Source: an uncultured Deinococcales bacterium (GTDB lineage Bacteria; Deinococcota; Deinococci; Deinococcales; JAAFIG01). From it: a stretch of 11,669 nt of DNA. The stretch lies in the NCBI GenBank assembly GCA_964247135.1, contig CAXTTL010000153.1, forward strand, positions 1 through 11,669. The letters are read 5' to 3'. Under the pieces are notes generated by a model. It was not told where the DNA came from. It did not search any database and saw only the letters and a list, made by a program, of their open reading frames with translations. This document shows positions 1-6,201 of the stretch, one piece after another. A program made the position numbers and the translations under genes. The first letter of the stretch is position 1, and the number at the start of each line of letters is the position of its first letter.

Positions 1-50
1 GGCTTTCTGGCATTTGACCAAATTTTAATGCCTAAGTCATTTGACAACAA

Positions 51-893
51 CTAAACTTCTCGTATCTCGAGGATTTCTGCCAGCAACGCCAGTTTCTCGA
101 GTGGTATGGCTTCCCCTCGAATTTCTGGCTCGAGGTTTGCGTGTTGGACGGCGGCTCGAATTTGCTCGTTGTCGTAACCCGCAAGCTTCAGGTTGTTGCG
201 CAAGGTTTTGCGCCGATGGTGCAAGACCGCCTCGAGAATTTTCACCACACCGTGCGCGGGTTTCTTGCCAGGTTCAACCGTAATTCTGGCGATGCTCGAG
301 GTGATGTCTGGTTCTGGGAAGAACGCGCCTTTGGGTACGTCGCGCAGGCGTTTGGCGCTGCCGTACAGGGCGACCAGAGCGCTCAAAAATCCGTAACCGT
401 CCGAGTTCACTTTGGCATCCAGGCGCAGGGCAACCTCGCGTTGCACCAAAAATGTCAGGCTGGCGAAACGTCCGCTCTCGAGAATTTTGGAGATGATGGC
501 GGTGGAAATGTAATACGGCAGGTTGGCGACCAAAATGCTGCCCTCGGGTGCATGATGCCAGGGAAACTCGAGTGCGTCTTTAAAAACCACGCGAACGTTG
601 GAAAGTCCTGCCAGGGTTTCCTCGAGCACGGGTTGCAAGCGTTCGTCTTTTTCGATGCTAATCACATTTGCGCCCGTTTCGGCAAGGGCTTTGGTCAGTA
701 CGCCCAAACCAGGACCGACTTCAAAAACGTTTGCGCCTGCGGTCGCGCCGCCCGCCTCAACCATAAAACGCAAGATGTTGCCGTCGATTAAAAAGTTTTG
801 CCCAAGCGATTTGGTGGGGCGCAAACCGTGACGCGTCAGCAATTCACGCACGACGCGGGGCGAGTACAGGGTTTGGCTGTCAATCTCAATCAT
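51..893 (-). CDS. rsmA: 16S rRNA (adenine1518/1519-N6)-dimethyltransferase RsmA/KsgA
   Basis: 280 aa ORF with KSLGQNFLID, SAM-binding EVGPGLG, catalytic VANLPYYIS, QREVA and C-terminal RRKTLRNNL motifs. AAGGGA RBS-like sequence just upstream of the ATG. Confidence 0.97.
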   Translation of the reverse strand: MIEIDSQTLYSPRVVRELLTRHGLRPTKSLGQNFLIDGNILRFMVEAGGATAGANVFEVGPGLGVLTKALAETGANVISIEKDERLQPVLEETLAGLSNVRVVFKDALEFPWHHAPEGSILVANLPYYISTAIISKILESGRFASLTFLVQREVALRLDAKVNSDGYGFLSALVALYGSAKRLRDVPKGAFFPEPDITSSIARITVEPGKKPAHGVVKILEAVLHHRRKTLRNNLKLAGYDNEQIRAAVQHANLEPEIRGEAIPLEKLALLAEILEIREV

Positions 894-903
894 AAAATCC
901 CTT

Positions 904-931
904 AAAAAACCTCGAGTTCGAGGCTCGAGGT
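904..931 (-). terminator. Putative intrinsic terminator/attenuator between carD and rsmA
   Basis: Perfect 8-bp stem ACCTCGAG (909-916) / CTCGAGGT (924-931) with a 7-nt loop. The A-run at 904-909 reads as a U-tract on the - strand. Confidence 0.55.
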
Positions 932-957
932 CAAAGCTTACGATATTTTTGGTGCTC

Positions 958-1455
958 TTAATGCTCTAAGGCGGTGCTGATTTTTTTGGCTGCCTCTTCA
1001 AGGCTGATCTCGAGGCTCATGGCGATTTCGGTGGTGACCATGTGCCGTGCGTCGTCCATGATTTTGCGTTCGGTGGCGGAGAGGGCTTTTTCATTGTCGC
1101 GGCGTTGCAAGGTGCCGACCAGTTTCGCCACCTGAAAAATGTCACCCTCACCAATCAGCAGTTGTTCTTTGCGGTGGCGCGGCGTCCAACCCGCAGGCAG
1201 TTCCAAATCTGGCGGACGCAGCCCCTCGAGCAGTTCTGGGATGAGTTTTGCCACGGTGATGCGCCGCAGTCCGACCCGTTCGGCTTGCGCGACGGGAACC
1301 AGCACGCTCATGCTGCCTTTCATCAGTTCAATCTCGAAAAACGATTGCGCTACGCCGAGCACTGGACGTTCGACCATGCCAATGATCTTGCCAGCACCTT
1401 GTGAGGGGTAAACCACATGATCGCCAACTTTGAATGGAACACTCGTCTGGGGCAT
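958..1455 (-). CDS. carD: CarD/CdnL family RNA-polymerase-binding transcription factor (165 aa)
   Basis: FKVGDHVVYPSQGAGKI N-terminal RID motif, VPV...GLR, conserved wedge Trp in LPAGWTPR, LSATERK. Start set at ATG 1455 because AAAGGAGG lies directly upstream. The track's extension to 1776 is spurious. Confidence 0.93.
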   Translation of the reverse strand: MPQTSVPFKVGDHVVYPSQGAGKIIGMVERPVLGVAQSFFEIELMKGSMSVLVPVAQAERVGLRRITVAKLIPELLEGLRPPDLELPAGWTPRHRKEQLLIGEGDIFQVAKLVGTLQRRDNEKALSATERKIMDDARHMVTTEIAMSLEISLEEAAKKISTALEH

Positions 1456-1554
1456 GAAAAACCCTCCTTTGAGGGGGGTTGAAGCACGGCATTCTCGAGC
1501 CTGGTATTGCCCGAGAGACACTTGACGAACGTTGCGCCAAGCGCCGGATAAGCG

Positions 1555-1584
1555 ATTATACCGTGATGGGTGCTTTTTACTCAA
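1555..1584 (-). promoter_or_regulatory. Sigma70-type promoter for carD(-rsmA)
   Basis: - strand reads TTGAGT (1584-1579), N18, TATAAT (1560-1555), implying a leader of about 90 nt. Confidence 0.6.
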
Positions 1585-1617
1585 GTTGAATGAGATACAC
1601 GCCTGGTTTGTATGGCG

Positions 1618-1623
1618 TACAAT
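1618..1623 (+). promoter_or_regulatory. -10 element of a probable leaderless amylase transcript
   Basis: TACAAT ends 6 nt before ATG 1630. No Shine-Dalgarno sequence. Confidence 0.55.
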
Positions 1624-1629
1624 CCTGAA

Positions 1630-3603
1630 ATGAAGCGCTTCATTTCGGGGTTGGCGGTCTTGTTTTTCGTCTTTGTTTTGGGCGCAGATTTCAGTGCGAC
1701 TCGAGCGCCGACCGCCTCGGGCAACGCCTGGTACGCAAATGCGGTTTTTTACGAGATTTTCGTGCGCTCGTTTCAAGATTCCAACAACGACGGCATCGGC
1801 GATTTCAAGGGTTTAACCGCCAGGCTGGACGATCTGAAGGCTTTGGGTGTCAATGCCCTGTGGCTGATGCCGATCAACCCAAGCCCAAGTTATCACGGTT
1901 ACGACGTGACCGATTATAAAAACGTCAACCCCGACTACGGCACGCTCGAGGATTTTGACGCCTTCATGAAAGCCGCCCACGAAAAGGGTTTTAAAGTGAT
2001 TCTGGACTGGGTGGCAAACCACACCTCGAGTCAACATCCGTGGTTTCTGGAGTCGCAAAAACCCAATTCACCCAAACGCAATTGGTATCAGTGGCGCGAC
2101 AGTGACCCAGGCTGGGGCAAACCGTGGGGAACCGCCGAGCACACCTGGCACCTTTCGACGGTCAAACAAACCTCGAGCAACCTGAAAGTGATTTTCCCTG
2201 GCACAATCCAGGGTGCCCTGGGCGCAAAAGACTGGAATCCCAACGGACAGGAAACCCGTGCGCTCGAGGTTTCGCCTGGAATTTTTGAGTTGGTGGTGAT
2301 GCTGCCCAAAGGAAGTTATGAATTCAAGGTCGCCTTGAATGGTTCGTGGTCAGAAAATTACGGTGCGAACGCCAAAAAAGACGGTGCGAACATCAAACTC
2401 GAGGTGGGCAGTGACAACATCATTGTCAAATTTGTCTTCAACCAAAGCACGCATATTGTCACCGACAGCATCAACAACCCAGATTTGGTTCAAGCCCCCA
2501 CCAGCGTTCCACCGCGTCCGACGTTTACCGATGCGCCCGTCCCAGCAGGCTCGAGTTATTACTACGGCGCATTCTGGGAGGGAATGCCCGACTTAAACTG
2601 GCGCAACCCAGAGGTGGTCGCCGCCATGAACGACGGCGCAAAATTCTGGCTTGATCGCGGTGTGGACGGCTTTAGAATTGATGCCATGCGTTACATGGTC
2701 GAGGGCGAAAACGACAACAAAGCCGACAGCGCGGCGACGCTCGAGTGGACGCGCAATTTCTCGGGTTTTGTGCGCGGCATCAAACCCGACGCAGCAATCG
2801 TCGGCGAGGTTTGGACGGACACCGAGACGGTCGCAAAATACTTTCTAAACGGCGCGGGCGAGCAAATGGGTTTTGACTTTCCAATGCAAAAAGCCATCGC
2901 CGCCAGCGTGAACGGCTCGAGCAACGAAGCCATCAATTTTGAGTTGGCTCGGGTTGGCAAAGCCTATGGTCCCGAGGCGGTCGATGCGATTTTTGTCAGC
3001 AACCACGATTTGGATCGCCCATCCTATTTTGGAGCGGGTCGTTACCGTGTCGCTGCAAATTTATTGTTGACCCTTCCAGGAACGCCGTTCTTGTATTACG
3101 GCGACGAGATTGGCATGAAAAATGGTTCTCAGGGCGGCGATGAAGCCAAACGCACCCCAATGCCTTGGGACTCGAGCCTTGGCGCGGGATTCTCGAGCGG
3201 CAAACCGTGGACGGGTTTTGCAATGCAAGACGCGGGCATCAGCGTTAAAACACAGCGCGAAACCAAGGGTTCACTTTGGAATTTTTACGCCAACATGATT
3301 CGCATTCGGCAAGCCAACACCGCTTTGCGGGTGGGTGGCTTCGAGCCGCTCGGCACCGACAAACGCATCATGGCGTTCATTCGTTATGTGAACGATCAAG
3401 CCGTGATTGTGGTGATTAATTTGGACAGTGAACCGCAAAAACTCAAACTCAATTTTACGGGCACTAAACTCGAGAAGGCTCGAGGGGCAGTGCATGAGTT
3501 GACGCTGAACAAAACCTTGAAAACACTTACAGACTCGAATGTTTCGGGTTACGAATTAAAATTGAATGGCGCAGGTTTGGTTTTGCTCGAGATTGGACGT
3601 TAA
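1630..3603 (+). CDS. Secreted GH13 alpha-amylase (AmyA/GH13_36-like) with an internal X25/CBM-like domain
   Basis: Signal peptide MKRFISGLAVLFFVFVLGA. Motifs FYEIFVRSFQDSNNDGIGDFKG, SYHGYDVTDY, region I DWVANH, MPDLN, catalytic GFRIDA, VGEVW, FVSNHD, and PFLYYGDEIGM. An insert of about 135 aa lies at about 2152-2556. Confidence 0.93.
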   Translation: MKRFISGLAVLFFVFVLGADFSATRAPTASGNAWYANAVFYEIFVRSFQDSNNDGIGDFKGLTARLDDLKALGVNALWLMPINPSPSYHGYDVTDYKNVNPDYGTLEDFDAFMKAAHEKGFKVILDWVANHTSSQHPWFLESQKPNSPKRNWYQWRDSDPGWGKPWGTAEHTWHLSTVKQTSSNLKVIFPGTIQGALGAKDWNPNGQETRALEVSPGIFELVVMLPKGSYEFKVALNGSWSENYGANAKKDGANIKLEVGSDNIIVKFVFNQSTHIVTDSINNPDLVQAPTSVPPRPTFTDAPVPAGSSYYYGAFWEGMPDLNWRNPEVVAAMNDGAKFWLDRGVDGFRIDAMRYMVEGENDNKADSAATLEWTRNFSGFVRGIKPDAAIVGEVWTDTETVAKYFLNGAGEQMGFDFPMQKAIAASVNGSSNEAINFELARVGKAYGPEAVDAIFVSNHDLDRPSYFGAGRYRVAANLLLTLPGTPFLYYGDEIGMKNGSQGGDEAKRTPMPWDSSLGAGFSSGKPWTGFAMQDAGISVKTQRETKGSLWNFYANMIRIRQANTALRVGGFEPLGTDKRIMAFIRYVNDQAVIVVINLDSEPQKLKLNFTGTKLEKARGAVHELTLNKTLKTLTDSNVSGYELKLNGAGLVLLEIGR

Positions 3604-3635
3604 ACCTCAAAATCCAGAATCTCGAGCATTGACCC

Positions 3636-3656
3636 GTAGGGTGCGCCGTGCGCACC
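3636..3656 (+). repeat. GTAG-family REP element
   Basis: GTAG followed by a perfect 7-bp hairpin GGTGCGC-CGT-GCGCACC, in the gap between convergent genes. Confidence 0.7.
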
Positions 3657-3691
3657 ACCGAACACAACGCACAAATTGAAGTTTGGAATCA

Positions 3692-4528
3692 TCAAGATGA
3701 TTCAACTCGAGTTGCCAAAAACTGTTTCATGGCAGCAGTGTTCAACCCATGAAACTCGAGGTACATTTCATCCACGGCGTTCACATCCAAATTCTGGCGT
3801 TTTAAGGCAGCCTCAAAACTTGCATCCACATCCGCCAAAAGACTTGCCTCGAGATACGCAAAATACCCGAGGTTCTGGGTGATTAATTGTGCATCGTGAA
3901 GCCCACCGTGACACGGCAGCACGACGCGCGGCTTTAGCGCCCTCAACTTGAGCATGGTGGCTCGGAGTTGCGCCAAATTGCCTGAGCTTGCCACATACGG
4001 AAAAGGAAACTCGAGCGCATCGGTTGCCAGCAAGGTTTGCAACTCAGGAATCCAAACCACGATCTGGTCGTTGGTGTGCCCAAAAGCGGGCATCAACTCG
4101 AGCGTCAAATCCGAGGCGTTGATGGTGCAAGTCTCCGAAAAGTACACGGTTGGCGGCACGATTTTAACGTTTGCCAGTCGCAGTTCGAGCTTTTGCCGCT
4201 CGAGCAACTGCGTTCGTTGATGCTCGAGTAAATCCTTGGAATGCTTGTGCGCCAGAATCGGCGCTGGAAACGCTCCATCTTGGGCAAACACGGCATTGCC
4301 CCAAGTGTGATCGGAATGCTGATGCGAATTGATGACCAGCAAAACCCGATGCTCGAGATTCGCTTTGAGCATCGGCATCATCTCGAGCGCGTCTTCGGGG
4401 GTGGTGAAGGTGTCGAGCACAATCACGTGCGAATCTGAGATGATTGCAAAGCAATCGACTTCGCTGCCCGCCCTAAAAATCCGAACTCGAGGATCGACAG
4501 CGTCATACATGATTTCAGTGATTGGCAT
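3692..4528 (-). CDS. MBL-fold metallo-hydrolase (278 aa), substrate unknown
   Basis: Motifs LDT, SHQHSDH (HxHxDH), GHT, ATDA and PCHG. Start set at ATG 4528 (MPITEI), which avoids overlap with the CIA30 gene and sits 7 nt after a TGnGATAAT element. Confidence 0.88.
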   Translation of the reverse strand: MPITEIMYDAVDPRVRIFRAGSEVDCFAIISDSHVIVLDTFTTPEDALEMMPMLKANLEHRVLLVINSHQHSDHTWGNAVFAQDGAFPAPILAHKHSKDLLEHQRTQLLERQKLELRLANVKIVPPTVYFSETCTINASDLTLELMPAFGHTNDQIVVWIPELQTLLATDALEFPFPYVASSGNLAQLRATMLKLRALKPRVVLPCHGGLHDAQLITQNLGYFAYLEASLLADVDASFEAALKRQNLDVNAVDEMYLEFHGLNTAAMKQFLATRVESS

Positions 4529-4535
4529 GACAGGA

Positions 4536-4559
4536 ATTATCGCATGGCTGCCGTAGAAT
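4536..4559. promoter_or_regulatory. Back-to-back -10 elements for divergent leaderless genes
   Basis: - strand: TG-C-GATAAT (4544-4536), 7 nt before ATG 4528. + strand: TAGAAT (4554-4559), 7 nt before ATG 4567. The gap is 38 bp, with no SD on either side. Confidence 0.55.
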
Positions 4560-4566
4560 CTCGAGC

Positions 4567-5112
4567 ATGATCCACAAACTTTCCTTGACCGCCTTGATTC
4601 TGACCATTGGCGCGGCACTGGCAGGCGATGACCGTGTGTTGTTTTCTTTTGCCGAAAAATCAGCCGATTGGTTTGTGGTCAACGACGGCGTCATGGGTGG
4701 AATCTCGAGCAGTACCGTCAAACTCGAGAATGGCGTCTTGGTTTTTGAAGGGCAGGTGCGCCTCGAGAACAACGGCGGGTTTGCTTCGGTGCGTTCAAAC
4801 TCGAGCGAGCAAGACTTAAGCGAGTATTCAGGTGTCATTGTTAAGTTTCGTGGCGACGGCAAAATGTATGCCATGAACTTAAGAACCTCGAGTGCCAAGG
4901 GCGTTTTGTACCAAGTTGAGTTTCAAACCACGGCGGACGCGTGGCTCGAGATTCGTATTCCCTTCGCGCAGTTCCGTCCAACCCGATTTGGCAACAGCTT
5001 AAAAGGCTTTGCGCTCGAGAAAAGTCGTATCGAATCCTTTGGATTTATTATTGCCAACAAACGCGCCGAACGCTTTAAGCTCGAGGTCGATTGGATCAAA
5101 GCATACCGTTAA
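4567..5112 (+). CDS. CIA30 family protein with N-terminal signal peptide
   Basis: Motifs WFVVNDGVMGG-S, FEGQVRLENNGGFASVRS, RGDGKMY, WLEIRIPFAQFRP and FKLEVDWI are typical of bacterial CIA30 (NDUFAF1-like) proteins. Hydrophobic N-terminus ending in ALA. Confidence 0.9.
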   Translation: MIHKLSLTALILTIGAALAGDDRVLFSFAEKSADWFVVNDGVMGGISSSTVKLENGVLVFEGQVRLENNGGFASVRSNSSEQDLSEYSGVIVKFRGDGKMYAMNLRTSSAKGVLYQVEFQTTADAWLEIRIPFAQFRPTRFGNSLKGFALEKSRIESFGFIIANKRAERFKLEVDWIKAYR

Positions 5113-5113
5113 A

Positions 5114-5806
5114 TCATTGGCTCGAGATCATCGGGGCAAGGGTTGTGCAAGCCAAATATGCCGTACCTTGCTCATCATTTTTGTACTCGTTCAACAAATC
5201 TGCCATGCGCCGCTGTAACTCCTTGGCTCGAGCAAAACCAAGGCGCAACATCACCCATTCGTGGCGAATCGCGGGCGCCTCGAGCGCCAAAAAACTCTGG
5301 GTCAAACCCACGCTGCCAGTCTCGCCCGAACCGAGCGCGTGAACAAAATACACGCGGTCATCACAGCGGTACAGGCGCAAACCCAACTCGAGCGAACTGT
5401 TCTCCTGGGCTTCCCTGAAGCTCCTTGACAGGCTTCTGACCAAATCCTTGCGCCACACGTGCTCACTGTTTTCGAGCAACCGTTCGAGCGTACCTTCGGG
5501 CGAGACGCTGTACGGCACAAAGTAAGCATCGCTGCTCGAGCGGTAATGTTGCACGCTGCGTCCTTTGCGGGCTTCAATTCGGCTGACTTGAAGCAATCCA
5601 AGTTGCTCAAGTTTTTTGACGCCACGGTACATTCCCAGCATCGGTAGCTCGAGTTCGCTGGCAGCGGCTTTGATGGTGGTTTCGCGCCCAAGAAAAGGGG
5701 TGAGCCATTTGGCTTCGTCGGCGTTGGTCAACAAACGGGCGGCAGCTTCAGACCCAATCGTCTGCCAGGTACGTTTTTCTGGGCTGCTTTCACCAACTGG
5801 TTGCAT
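5114..5806 (-). CDS. Winged helix-turn-helix (ArsR-like) putative transcriptional regulator, 230 aa
   Basis: AARLL...LTPFLGRETTIKAAASELEL...YRGVKKLEQLGLLQV...GRSVQHYRS wHTH pattern, resembling a family common in Deinococcus. Start set at ATG 5806, 7 nt after an extended -10. Confidence 0.75.
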   Translation of the reverse strand: MQPVGESSPEKRTWQTIGSEAAARLLTNADEAKWLTPFLGRETTIKAAASELELPMLGMYRGVKKLEQLGLLQVSRIEARKGRSVQHYRSSSDAYFVPYSVSPEGTLERLLENSEHVWRKDLVRSLSRSFREAQENSSLELGLRLYRCDDRVYFVHALGSGETGSVGLTQSFLALEAPAIRHEWVMLRLGFARAKELQRRMADLLNEYKNDEQGTAYLACTTLAPMISSQ

Positions 5807-5813
5807 TGAAAGC

Positions 5814-5822
5814 AGATTATCA
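5814..5822 (-). promoter_or_regulatory. Extended -10 (TGnTAATCT) of the probable leaderless regulator gene
   Basis: - strand reads TG-A-TAATCT-gctttca-ATG. Confidence 0.5.
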
Positions 5823-5896
5823 TGCACCCTGTTGGGGAAGGGCAACAAGAATATGTCAGTTTTAAAATTCTTGTCATCAATTTGTTACAGTTCTTA

Positions 5897-5913
5897 AACT
5901 TGTTTGACAAGTT
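5897..5913. promoter_or_regulatory. Inverted repeat overlapping a perfect TTGACA; candidate operator
   Basis: AACTTGT-TTG-ACAAGTT, with TTGACA at 5904-5909. No good -10 at canonical spacing. Confidence 0.4.
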
Positions 5914-6007
5914 ACTCTGACTCTTTTGTTTCAAGAGTTGGAAGCAAAACTATGGATAAACAATGCAAAATAAGTGATTAACTCTTGCATTTTAGATGTC
6001 ATTGCGT

Positions 6008-6021
6008 TGAAACATGTTTCA
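6008..6021. promoter_or_regulatory. Perfect 14-bp palindrome; candidate operator for the ABC operon
   Basis: TGAAACATGTTTCA. Related sites at 6075-6088 and 6118-6143. Confidence 0.5.
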
Positions 6022-6201
6022 TTTAGCCTAAGCGTAGTTTTACATTCAAGTCATTCTTAACCGAGCACAACAGATTGCATCGTTTCAAGCCATTCTCGAG
6101 AGGAGTAAGGGTGACTTAAAAACGTTTTTCAAAAACGGTTTCAACCAGCAAGTTCTCGAGTTTTGAGGGCGCTTAAAAGTGTTGTTCCAAAAGGAGGACG
6201 C

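Larger units (their letters stand above)
3616..4568. repeat. 14-bp direct repeat AGAATCTCGAGCAT (3616-3629 and 4555-4568) flanking the REP and the MBL gene
   Basis: Exact match read from the sequence. Both copies lie essentially outside coding DNA; the right copy ends in the AT of the CIA30 start codon. Confidence 0.75.

Noticed and set aside
9-46. CATTTGAC direct repeat (11-18, 38-45) and GGCATT/AATGCC inverted repeat downstream of rsmA
   Set aside because: Short and cut off by the window edge, so it cannot be distinguished from chance or part of a terminator.
141-791. 216-aa + strand ORF
   Set aside because: Antisense shadow of rsmA with no recognisable motifs.
51-893. RsmA as the methyltransferase responsible for CTCGAG enrichment
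   Set aside because: Its motifs (GQNFL, NLPY, RRKTL) are those of an ordinary rRNA dimethyltransferase, with no sign of a DNA target-recognition domain.
1456-1776. N-terminal extension of the carD ORF in the track (272 aa)
   Set aside because: It overlaps the amylase gene and both promoters. CarD homology and a strong SD begin at ATG 1455.
3692-4528. MBL protein as a beta-lactam resistance gene
   Set aside because: It has no signal peptide and only generic MBL-fold motifs. Most such proteins are not beta-lactamases.
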